A DNA stretch of 62,382 bases, filler included, from Collodictyon triciliatum (Eukaryota), in assembly GCA_043381765.1 (NCBI GenBank). It is 4 parts of 4 records of this genome, joined end to end, with 100 filler letters (N's around TTAATTAATTAA, not from the genome) between each part and the next. Parts side by side here need not be neighbours in the genome. Positions count along the whole stretch, not along the records: positions 1 to 19,360 come from JBHJMP010000315.1; positions 19,461 to 25,132 come from JBHJMP010000316.1; 2 more parts are not named here. One strand, written 5' to 3'. Positions 13,201 to 24,525 of this stretch are shown piece by piece. Position 1 is the stretch's first letter; each line of letters begins with the position of its first letter. The notes under the pieces were generated by a model. It was not told where the DNA came from and searched no databases. It saw only the letters and a program-made list of their open reading frames with translations. The translations under genes were made by a program, and so were the position numbers.

Positions 13201-14466
13201 ACTTTTCAGTCTCATATTCATATTTTAAAATTTTATCATATACGTTACAGGTTGTTGAGCTCCTTTCCTCCATGTTTGGCATATTCGATAGCCTTACCGA
13301 GAAGCACGGAGTCTACAAAGTTGAGACGTATGTGTTTCCCTTGTCATTTTATGTAAATCATGAAAATTACAGATAATTGTATGCTCCTTGATTTTGAATC
13401 GTCTGGTAGATTTTTTTATGCATATCACTTTCTCATTTCATAAACACTCCTCTTTTATGATTCGTGCATGCATCAGAATCGGCGATGCATATGTCGTGGT
13501 TGCTGGACTTCCGACGATTACCAACAAGCTCGCCCCAGAAATAGAAAAAAGAACACCTGCTGAACGGATGATATTATTTGCCAAGGACATGCAAAATGCA
13601 GTAATATTTTTGTTTTTTATTTTTGCATCTTCAATCTCTGTGGAAAGAAAAATATCCTAATACTTCAGACCGTCGCATGGAAATTTCAACAAATAGTCAT
13701 TAATAATGGTATGCCTTTGTATTGTGTACGTTCAAGCATTTTCTCATTTTTGAATTGCAATTATAGCTTCGCGATATTCGCACTTATGACGGCGAAGAAG
13801 TGAGGATTCGTATTGGAATCCACCACGGCCGCCTTTTGGCTGGTACTTTATTAAATTCATGTCGAAACAGTGTTCCCGAGAACACCCAGAAAGAAAAGAA
13901 AAAAGAAGCTCTAGTGTAGTGTACAGAGAAATTAAAAAAAAATCTTTGATTTTTTGTTTCATTGATTCTATATCCATCTACATATATTCTATCCTGGCGC
14001 GAAGGTGTTATCGGGCGCACTATTTTGCGGTATGACATTTGGGGAAGTGACGTTTTGATTGCTGCATCTATGGAGTCGCGGTCAGTCGCAGGTATTCTCA
14101 AAAATGGATTCTCTTCTCGATCGATGCTATATTTATAATCAGAAGTTACAGATATACACGATTTATATTTATTATTTTAATATAGACAGATATTGGTTAG
14201 GCACATTCTGCATCATTCAATTATTGTTGCTTTTTTTTTATTCTTCCTTTCAATTTTGTCCAGGATGGTGGAGATGCTGGCTTTATTCAATTATTGTTGC
14301 TTATTTATTAAACTTTTTCCATCTGTGCGAACTTGAACTTATCCCAGGTCGAATCCATGTTACGTACGAATTCAAGAAGCAAATAGAAGGTCATTACGAA
14401 TTCGAAGATCGGGGAGAGTCAGAGTTTTCGAATGGGCGCAAAACAAAAACCTACTTTGTCAATTGA
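814..14466 (+). CDS. P4-type ATPase (phospholipid flippase) fused to a pseudo-heterodimeric membrane guanylyl cyclase; about 55 exons
   Basis: Spliced exons give [79 protein letters not shown] (D at 3583), [45 protein letters not shown] and YSFYKN. These are followed by hydrophobic TM exons, cyclase domain 1 ([38 protein letters not shown]), a second TM block and cyclase domain 2 ([32 protein letters not shown]-stop at 14466). The ATG at 814 is inferred from a 6-nt first coding exon. Confidence 0.93.
880..1148 (+). repeat. 11-mer minisatellite (TTTTTGTTTCC/TTTTTGTTTAC)n, intronic
   Basis: Direct read. Confidence 0.9.
6889..7146 (+). repeat. (TTTGTC)n microsatellite, intronic
   Basis: Direct read. 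Confidence 0.95.
10543..10857 (+). repeat. (TTTTTCTCTC)n / (TTTTCTCTCTC)n repeats flanking an N gap, intronic
   Basis: Direct read. Confidence 0.9.
12300..12419 (+). repeat. (TTTTTCTTCT)n, intronic
   Basis: Direct read. Confidence 0.9.
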
Positions 14467-14689
14467 AGTCATGATTTATAGATTTATTGCACACAAGAGA
14501 CACAACAAAAATAAACATATTGGCATGATTGAACATCTTTTTCTTGTTAAATAACTATGTTGCTCTGATGAAAAAAAAAAGCTGCTCCTATGAATATATA
14601 TATATACTATGAAGTGTGGAGTAGAACGTTCCTTACATTTATTTGCTCTCCTCCTTTGTCCCTATTATTTCGCTGTCTTTTGTTTTCAG

Positions 14690-14960
14690 TTCTTATGGCG
14701 CAGATAAACTTATTTTTTCTTTAATTTTTTCCTTTGGTTTTCTACTCTCACTAAAAAAAATATATATAGGAGAAACTTCATCAGCCAGTTATGGATTATT
14801 ATTTTTTTTTTTGAGTCTCGTTCCATCATATTTATGTACTAAAAGGGGTTACCATCTTTCGATTGGTAAACCTGGCGCACTAGTATCCAAGGTCTAATCA
14901 CATTTTTCACTGCGGTTGTGTAGTGGCGAAGGCTGCCAGGAAAGACCCGATATCCTGTTT
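14690..14960 (-). ncRNA. Candidate Fanzor omegaRNA scaffold
   Basis: Lies directly 3' of the Fanzor frame. The minus strand has GGTCT...AGACC pairing enclosing a CACT/AGTG stem, then TACTA..GGTTTACCAATC-GAAA-GATGGTAACC..TAGTA, a hairpin with a GAAA loop at 14857-14860. Confidence 0.5.
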
Positions 14961-16839
14961 TTTAGAGGAAGACGTATGCATATTTTGAATTGAAAGAACT
15001 TTCTTGAGTATTTTTTAGCGCTGTTAAAGTCCCTTGTCAAGAATACAGTTTCTTTGCTTTCTGAGCGATTGCATTCCTTACATATGAGACATCTATACAC
15101 CTTTTTTATATTTCTTTTCAGTGTCATGTATTCCAGTTCTTTTTCGCAGTTCCAACACATTTGGATGTTCTAAATTCATTTACACTAACGATTTCAAAAC
15201 GTTTGGATGGTATTTTTCGTAATTCTCTTCCGATTGCTGCCATAAAATGTTTCATCGAAGATTTTCTGCTCCAGTTTTCATACACCAGTACAACATCCTT
15301 GCCAAATGTCTTTTCGATTCTGTCCATTAACAATGGTTCACTTCATTTTGCATTAACATACTGTCTCCATCTCATCTTTCGAAAAGGTACGTGTTCATAA
15401 AATCTGGATAATTCTATCTGGCATCTTGATTTCATAGATACATATTCTCGAAATTGTTCATAATCGACCGTGCACGAATTGTGTTTACTCAGTTATGTCT
15501 AAATCGATTAAAGATACTCTTGATGTCTCAAACTGCTGATTCTCTTCAAAAGTAATAGGACCAAAAGAAACAGCACTTTGTATATCTGTTGCCATGTATA
15601 TCCCTGGAGAATTGTACTTTATTTTTTTCTCGCACAAGAGTATTTTGTGATTTTTAGTGATTTTTGCTATCATGTCTTCTTTGGTGTGCCGTGTAATCTA
15701 ATTTCTTACCTGTCTCATCCACCATGTAAACCAAATTAAACTTGCCAACATTCTCTCAAACTACAATTTTTTTTGTCGCTGATAAAGATAGCTGCTCTTT
15801 GGAAAGTTCATCTATATAAACATATTCTTGGGTCTTTTGACTATGTTTGAGATTTTGAATTTGAAATACCTTTCTTTTCAAACAATAATGACACCGCCAA
15901 GCCGTCTGTTTGTATTGTGTATTTAAAAATTGTAATCTCTCTGATGAAAGACCCTCTTCTTCATTCCAAAGAAGTTATCCTACAATTTCTCTTTGTATTC
16001 TGATATATTCTTCATTAATAATTTTTCCAGATTATATCAATAGATCTATCAAACATGCAGTATTTAGGGAAATATGACATGGTATATTGTTAGTTCTTAT
16101 AGAGATTGGTTGAAACTGTTTGGTTCCGATGTCCTCAAAAATGCGATTCATGTAAATCAGACAAGGAGTGTACTTATTTGGATTGACTTTGGCGTCATAT
16201 TCGATATCATTTACAATATCGCTGGGAATGATATGATGCAAATGCGTTATAGCCCATACTTTGTATTTTCAGGTGTTTTGATTTTCTTTGAGATGGATTT
16301 TTTTAACTTTCGAAACTCTGCCTTTTTAATAGCATCCGCAATATATTATTTTTAGCTGCTGTTTGGTTTATAAAGCACAGTAACCTCTTTACAAAATGCT
16401 CCTTGATGTTATAACGATAAGCTGTTAACATTTGCTTCGTCAAGTACAGTAATAGATGAGACAGTCCAATCAATGAAAAGCGTTCTTCTCAGGACAAAAG
16501 GACTCGAAAATCATAGATAAAACGTAATCATGTCTTTACTCATATCTGGATGTTTTAAACTTGGGTGTCTATCTTGTGAAACTACTCCGACAGTCTTTAA
16601 AACTTACAAAAAAGAACATTTTCATCGATTGTTGGGACTAGTTGTTTTGATTTCAATATGTAACATGCTGCAAACAGATAAGTGTCGGTAACCAAATTAT
16701 GACACAATAAAACCATATCGTTGGTTTTGTCATAGTCATTCGCATTCTTTACAATCGACTTTAGAGATGCTTTCGCATTTGGATAGTCTGGTTTTACCGA
16801 CTTTAGATTCACAAGCTCTAGGCGTTTTCTTTTATTCAT
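14950..16839 (-). pseudogene. Fanzor1 (eukaryotic TnpB-family RNA-guided endonuclease), decayed
   Basis: Intronless minus-strand fragments occur in order: KASLKSIV..CHNLVTDTYLF, NIKEHFVKRL, FQPISIRTNNIPCHISLNT, FKYTIQTDGLAVSLLF, YIDELS..KIVV*ENVGKFNLVYMVD..YTAHQRR, LVYENWS..VNEFRTSK, CWNC..CKEC zinc finger, TRDFNSA. There are multiple stops and frameshifts. Confidence 0.85.
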
Positions 16840-19360
16840 CTTAAAGTCTTTGTTTTATGCTTTTCCATTAGAAAACTACCGAGTTTTCGATTTTAATAAA
16901 ACTTCATTCAGTCAGTTAATTTATAAAAAAAGCTGCATAAAATCAATTCAGGTGATATTAAGCATCTACCAAGAATCTCAAAATATGCGCTTTGTGGTAA
17001 ACAAACACACCCAATTTTTATTACGAAGTGATTTGAAAAAACCGCTGAGAGTCGATTCGGCGAGTTCTAAAGGACGGCCGTATAGCAAATGCGACTGAAA
17101 GTCAAAATATCGGCCCCAAACAACATGATTACCGCCGCAATTGTGGATAGTAAGCTTTTTTTAAATGCGTGTTTGGTGGCAGGTTTATAGGTTGGGTTCT
17201 GTCTGGGCCATGACAAGGGCTTGTTTGTAATTTTTGAATTTTAATGATTTTAATAGATAAATGAAAAATATTAATTAATTACAGGAATAGAATGCGATTA
17301 TTAATTATTTTTAACCTTATTATACATTAATTATACAGTTAAATTATTCAAGTTGCTTCTTAGATTCATCAAAGCTCTTACTTTTGTCAATCCAGATTTA
17401 ATTCGGTGGTTGTCTGTGCAATAAATTGCAAAACATGGGTACACTTTCGGGCTGGGGCCGTATGTGTTGTGGAAAGGCCGGATATGGCATAGAGGGGCTG
17501 TATGTGGTATTAGATGGGGCCAAAGGTATGGTACCTGAGCAAGGTAGGTAGTTTGGACAGATTCTTTTTTTTTGTGACAGTGGGTAAGCAGGAAAGAAGG
17601 GTGCTGTGTGTATGGGTAGTTGGGGTGTTATTATAGGGACAAACGGTGGCGACTATAATGGAAAAAGTGAGGGCAAAGGGAAAAAAGCGATGCGGCGATA
17701 TAAGCAATATTATGATTACGATAAATATTGGTGTATTAGTGTAGAAGTCCTGCACCAAAAACCTTACGTGTCTTCAAGTTTTTATTATGAATAATGATAT
17801 CGCGCAAGTATGACTGGATATGGCCGGAGAACTTCTCGCATGCGCATTAATATACAATGGCGAATACATGTTGGTGCTATTATAAGGACAAAGACTCTTG
17901 TCTATATGGACAGCAAAGAAGGCCGAAAGGGAGCGCGTTGAATTTGCAACGAAGCTTGTTCTGTGCGATGAGGAGGGCTGATTGGAAAGATATAGCGGAG
18001 TTGTTTTTGTTCGTGTCGGTGGTAAGGACATCAACAGAATTGCATGGAGAAAAATGAAAGATATTGCAGGGTAATCGGTTGTTGTTTTTTTCTCTTCCTT
18101 TATTTGTTTCAAGAATAGGGTGATTTGACGTTAGATACATGGTATCATGATGAATGGATTTCATATTTTTATAAATGCTTATATGGCATGGTATGAATAG
18201 TAAGTAGGATAGGTGAGTGAACTATGCGATGTGAGGTATCAGCAATGAAAATATGAATACTTGTCTGGAGACATATATGGTAATATTCAAGTAGCTTATA
18301 TTTGAACAATTATGAATTATATATTACGCATAGTATATCGATAAATGTCATCATCTTTAATGCACTAGACCACTTTTTACATTGAAACGGGGATTTTATC
18401 ATACAATTATTGCAGCCTAACGGTTTAATCACAGATGATAGGAGTATGACAGAACTGGTTGGCCGGTATTTTCATTTTTTTAATTTATGGAAGCAAGGTT
18501 CAGAGTGAAGTTGAGAACGAGTTAGATTTAATGGACGATTGAAAGGTATTCTTATGCGCCAATTGTCAATTTTCTTGAACAGAATAATAGTACTAGTATG
18601 AGGAAAAATCAATGTAACATATTTCATACAATAAAATACATAGATAAATGGAAATATGGGTTGATATCACTTTATTGTTCGGATATATCGTATTCAAAAT
18701 TATGGGAAGGTACGAAATAAAAATGTATATTTCCAAGGGTTATCATCTCACGAGTTTATAATTATGTATATGGGAGAAATGCATTTGAGCTGTGTTTCAA
18801 TCAATTTAATATATAAATATTTATTTGATAGTAAAGTGAAAGGAATATGGCATAAAGATGTATATCTGTATTTCAGATATTTTACAAAGTATGTCGTATA
18901 CAGGTGTAGATTATGAATATATTGCCGGCATTTGTATTATTTACATGGATATTGAATGAGTAACTGGAGACGAAAATCAGAGATAACAATACAGCATGCA
19001 AAATAGAGAGGGATACTCAATAGCGAAGAATCATACAATAATATGTAGATAATTTTTTTTTGGATATCTCCCAACCCAAACGTTTCCGTCGATTATTGTT
19101 CGAAATCGAAAAGGATTCAGTATGACGAATATATCATCGAGTAATTATGTCAATAGCTGTTTCATTACGAGTGATATAAAAGAAGCGAAAAAATGATAAT
19201 GCAGCTGTTGAAAAAAAACACACGAATTTCTGCATATCGGCCATTTAATTAATTTATTGAAAATGAAATATAAATATGCGAAATATAATAATATATTTAA
19301 GATGATTTAAGTTTATCTGGAGTATGAAAATCGTGTCTGTTCAATAGCAAATTGTATTTG

Positions 19361-19460
19361 NNNNNNNNNNNNNNNNNNNNNNNNNNNNNNNNNNNNNNNN
19401 NNNNTTAATTAATTAANNNNNNNNNNNNNNNNNNNNNNNNNNNNNNNNNNNNNNNNNNNN
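19361..19460. other. Assembly gap with artificial TTAATTAATTAA linker
   Basis: 100-nt block of N with a central all-frame-stop 12-mer. Confidence 0.9.
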
Positions 19461-19650
19461 GAAAAAAAGAGAAAGAAAAAAAGAGAAAGAAAAAAAGAGA
19501 AAGAAAAAAAGAGAAAGAAAAAAAGAGAAAGAAAAAAAGAGAAAGAAAAAAAGAGAAAGAAAAAAGAGAAAGAAAAAAAGAGAAAGAAAAAAAGAGAAAG
19601 AAAAAAAAGAGAAAGAAAAAAGAGAAAGAAAAAAAGAGAAAGAAAAAAGG
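19461..19650 (+). repeat. (GAAAAAAAGAGAAA)n tandem repeat
   Basis: Direct read. Confidence 0.9.
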
Positions 19651-20286
19651 GAAAATAATAAGGTTTGAGAAATGTTACAGGTCATGCTTGAGAACGTAGC
19701 TAAACATGAAAGCTTGGTAGAATCCTGCTGGCAGTAGGCTCTGATGTGAAGCTGCCTATTTCCGCGAAGTATTTTTTCATCAAAACTCAAGTATGGGAAT
19801 AAATGCTCCCAAGGCACAAGCCCCCTCCAGATCATCACTGCTGCAAAGATTGACAAGGTTCCTGGTCAATTAAAGGTGACCAAAGAGAAGATAAACTCAA
19901 ACCTCAAGTTCGTGAGCCTCAGCTAGTTGGCTGGCTTCGTCAAAGTTTCCACAAAGTAGCTCCCTGACGATAACATTTTCGAAAGGCTCGTCGGTGGTTT
20001 CCATCTAAGCAATGTCTGATCGGCAGGGTTTCTGCGAGACGTTTGCACTCATTAACAAGCCAGGCCATCTTTATCCTGAGATCGGTAAAACAGTACGAAT
20101 ACCCGGTTGTTTTCTGTGTCTTTCCAATGTTATTTTTCCTTCTAGTCGTGTCCTTTCTTTTTGTCTTTTATGGTTCGTGCTGTTTAAAGCCGAATTTCCT
20201 TCTGCTGATTCATTTGTTGCGTTACATTTATTTGCATTTGATAGTGCCGATGTTGCTTTTATTTTTATTCCTTGTTGTTCTCGCAC

Positions 20287-23200
20287 TTATGTTGACGTGC
20301 GGGTGCCGTGGGTGAGTTCATCCCAGTTGAATGTATGGCGAACAAGGCTTTCCACAGGGATACCACATATCGGCCTCTGCAGCTGAACGAACTTGTGGAT
20401 GGCTGCGCCCAGTTTTGGCTGGGAATATGACAGATAGCTGATTGAGCGCGAGGGTGATTTCATTTGCTTTGATACTCTCTCTCTCTCTCTCTCTTTTTTT
20501 TTTTTTTCAAGGCAGAGGAAACCCACCTCGTCTGAAAGGACCAGTGCACCGAGTACTTTGTAGGTACTGAAATCGTCACCACAGTCCAATATGATAAGGC
20601 GAATATACCCGGATATCTAATAAAAAAAGTTTGTATGTTTTCAAGAGCTTTGCCGTATTTATCGCTAGAATTAAAATGGTATTCTGATTCCGCAGCGTCA
20701 CAGTCGAAAATCTATTTCCCGCTCGTTTTTCTTTCTTCTTTTGTTAATGTCTATTAGGTGGCTTCTTTGATTATCTGCATACTTTTTCACAAGCCAGGTC
20801 ATCTTCTTCTGAAATAAAATCACATTAACAAAAATTTTCTAATGTTGGTTGTATATTGGTGCTGAAAAGGATATCAATATGTTTGGTGTGAGAAGCTAAC
20901 CAGTGAAGTACTCATCTAGAGGAATAGGAGATATTGCTACTCTTGTTAATGGGAATCGCGCAGAGACAGCTCGAACATTTTTGGATATTTCGTGAATTTT
21001 CTATGAGTAGAAAACAAATGATTGGAGTAAAAATATATATATTGACATCTAATGCAGAACGTTCACCGCCTTTTTAGCCAACCAATTTAACTTAATTTAC
21101 TGGTAAGAAAAAAAAACTGACGTCGTTCATATCCGACAGACCGGTGGTGGTGACATGAAATCCAAAACATCGATAGCTCTGATAAAAGATGGCGTGTTCC
21201 TGTGCATATTCGTACGGAATCAAATTTCGTCCAAGGAAGATATAGTTTTACCAATACAATATAATACAATATAATACAATATAATACAATATAATACAAT
21301 ATAATACAATATAATACAATATAATACAATATAATACAATATAATACAATATAATACAATATAATNNNNNNNNNNNNNNNNNNNNNNNNNNNNNNNNNNN
21401 NNNNNNNNNNNNNNNNNNNNNNNNNNNNNNNNNNNNNNNNNNNNNNNNNNNNNNNNNNNNNNNNNACAATACAATACAATACAATACAATACAATACAAT
21501 ACAATACAATACAATACAATACAATACAATACAATACAATACAATACAATACAATACAATAAAAGGAAATGGCCGATAACAGGAAGATTAAAAATTGTGA
21601 ATTGGCAAAAGACTCATAAAACACACTTACTGGTATGTATGGCTTTTCTGCATTAAAAAAAAAAGAAGATACAAAGTACACAAAATTAGACTACGCTTTC
21701 CAATTTTTTGTTGACATATTTAAGGAGCTTGGTTCAATTAAAATGCGATAAAAAATACCTGTTAACATCGCTATAGCACATGCTTTCCCTTGCTCAGCAG
21801 CAGAGTTCCAGTTTTTGTTAATTGAAGTTCTAAGGTGTTGAAGTTGGGAGATGTGGTCAGAGAAGTGATTTTTTTTTAATAGAGTTCATATCCATTCGAG
21901 ACATTAGCTTCTTGAGGAAACTTAAAGTCGTCTCTTTTGTTGGCTTTCAGAGAGGTATTAAATGGAGGCAAGGTGAACCTATCTAAGAATAAATACCTCT
22001 CTTTCAACCCTAATGATACTTTCAATGGATCTGTACATAAAAACAAATGAGCAACAACAATCTCTCTTTGGTAGAAACTTGAACAATATAAAAATTATTG
22101 CATTAAATAAATATACCTTGAATTTCAGCGCAATCACCGACAGCATATATGTTTGGTGCTGAAGTCTATTTTGAATACGTCATGGTGAATTCCATTAAGA
22201 TGTCTTGGATTTTTTTTTCGATACTATATGTTTCTTACCTCGAACCTGTTGTCCACCAATATTCCTCTTGCTGTAGCTATGTTTGACGCTCTGGCCAGGT
22301 CAGCCTGTTAAAGGTTTTGATAAATTAACCTCAGTTTACCACAGCTAGCATATAATCTGATATATATTTAAAGGAACTTACATCGCTTTCTACACCAGTG
22401 GCAAGGATAATAGCATCACAAATTACTCTGCTCTTCTTGTTTGTAGCGATACCTGTTACTTGAGGCGCACCCGATCTCGTGACGAAAATGTGCTTGATTG
22501 CATCCTCTGGTAGTAATTGTACGTTTTTGCATACGTTAAGACATTTTGTGACCATGGAAGAGCTCAATTTGTCAAGAATAGGTGCCCCGAGTTCTTTTCG
22601 TCGAAACAATACTGTGATAAGAGGAGTTTCGTGCGAGGCTTGGGCTGATTGAAGAATCTTTCCCTCGAATAATGAGTTGAGGATGTCCAAACACAAGGTT
22701 CCACCGCCAACAATGACGACACGCCTCCCACTCAACAGCAATTGATGTAGGAGAATAGACTCTTCAGGATTTCGAATCGGAAAAATACCCAAAGGCCATA
22801 TCCCTATGTATCAAAAGTTATAACAGCCACAGAGACAAGGGCCAGGACAAGGACATAGACAAGGGAAAGGACAAGGACAAGGACATAGACAAGGGAAAGG
22901 ACAAGGACAAGGACAAGGACAAGTATAACCTCAAATCCTGAATTTTTCAAATAGCAGGCAACCTTTGTGACAGAAGGCTTCCTCAGACATATGAAGACCA
23001 CTAAGTTGTTCCTCAAGCGGTATGTGAAGCAAGTTTGAAACGAATGGGCTAAGTTTTTGAGCTTTTTCGAAATTCTAATTAAAATTATGGCATATAAGAT
23101 AATACGAATGATATTGGATGTTTTTTTTTATTATAATAATTATTAATTTGCCCTTGCACATATGACTAGCATATTAATAATGTGAAATAACAGATTAAAT

Positions 23201-24525
23201 CTCCAGACGTTTATACAGTAAGGTCTGAAATTAAATGTATTATGTATCTGATAGATGCCATAAATAATACTTCACTTACAAAGAGATTAGCATGGTCTTG
23301 ATTATCATGCTGAAATATGTATTTCGGTAGATGAGGTCGCCCTCCAGTCGCCAACAAGAGCCTAAGTAAATCAGGTGGAATATTACTCAATAGCTTGNNN
23401 NNNNNNNNNNNNNNNNNNNNNNNNNNNNNNNNNNNNNNNNNNNNNNNNNNNNNNNNNNNNNNNNNNNNNNNNNNNNNNNNNNNNNNNNNNNNNNNNNNNN
23501 NNNNNNNNNNNNNNNNNNNNNNNNNNNNNNNNNNNNNNNNNNNNNNNNNNNNNNNNNNNNNNNNNNNNNNNNNNNNNNNNNNNNNNNNNNNNNNNNNNNN
23601 NNNNNNNNNNNNNNNNNNNNNNNNNNNNNNNNNNNNNNNNNNNNNNNNNNNNNNNNNNNNNNNNNNNNNNNNNNNNNNNNNNNNNNNNNNNNNNNNNNNN
23701 NNNNNNNNNNNNNNNNNNNNNNNNNNNNNNNNNNNNNNNNNNNNNNNNNNNNNNNNNNNNNNNNNNNNNNNNNNATAGTATGCCTCATCTACTCTTCCAT
23801 ACTCGACCTATCAAAATGAAAATAATGAAGCGATGATTCATAAGAGAAGAATGTTTGTAAAATCGTGATGAATTAAAGCAAAAAGAAGGAAAACAATCAA
23901 ATGCAAGAGAGGGGAAGGTAATGGATTGTTCTGAATTGGTCACGGAAAAATGACATATCACCAATAGTACGAACGATAAAGTAAACGATGAGGGTGTATC
24001 ATTTATGGGAGGACTCATTTATAGGTGTGACAAGTCATGATTATGGTACCTTCTCCTTTTCAGGGAACTTGAGTCGAAAAAACACTGCTGGCTTGCTGCA
24101 AAACTCTTCCATGGAGAACATTATAATACGCGCCTCCTTTTGAGCCGAGCGCATGACCCGCTGAAGCTGAACTGCCGTGCTGATTGAGGCATAGCCACCT
24201 GCCCAGGGAATATTGTTTGTATGTTCTTATGGAGCATCGATTGGGGATAACAAGACATAATTTTTTTTTTCAAGATTTGCAATCCATTGTTCTAACCCAT
24301 GGTAATGCATGTCACTCTAATTTCACTTAATATATATATATTCATCAATCAATAGTTTAACACCGTTGTAATGGTGACGAAACCTCCAATGAAAACAAAA
24401 GTGGCCGACTCATCCGGTAGGCGAAATGGGATTGTGGGCATCAACGCTGCTGCTGGACTTGCAGATCCTGCTGCTCCGGCTGCTCCGGCTGCTGGGCGAC
24501 GAAGAACGATTTTTTTCCCGCTCAT
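20287..24525 (-). CDS. FAD/NAD(P)-dependent pyridine nucleotide-disulfide oxidoreductase family protein (Pyr_redox_2; rubredoxin-reductase/NirB-N-terminus-like); multi-exon, contains an N gap
   Basis: Exons give FVFIGG|GYAS (FAD Rossmann motif), LLATGGRP, GIFPIRN, RRVVIVGGGTL (NAD Rossmann motif), CDAIILATGV, TSAPNIYAVGDCAE, NWNSAAEQGKACA and C-terminal RLIILD..KVLGALV. Confidence 0.85.
21253..21560 (+). repeat. (ATAATACAAT)n and (ACAAT)n flanking an N gap, intronic
   Basis: Direct read. Confidence 0.9.

Larger units (their letters stand above)
14685..16960 (-). mobile_element. Non-autonomous Fanzor1-carrying element; boundaries approximate
   Basis: An intronless ~1.9 kb Fanzor frame plus a structured 3' tract sits between intron-rich host sequence. 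No transposase is seen, and neither termini nor a target-site duplication could be resolved. Confidence 0.55.

Noticed and set aside
14685-16960. Terminal inverted repeats or target-site duplication for the Fanzor element
   Set aside because: Only weak similarity between ~14686-14710 and ~16910-16950; not convincing without sibling copies.
17880-18164. Minus-strand ORF with ALPFGL resembling a reverse-transcriptase motif
   Set aside because: No YxDD motif or other RT motif at the expected spacing, and the opposite strand reads as more protein-like.
19405-19416. TTAATTAATTAA palindrome inside N runs (also near 25177 and 49872)
   Set aside because: Identical placement in the centre of 100-nt gaps indicates an artificial contig linker, not biology.
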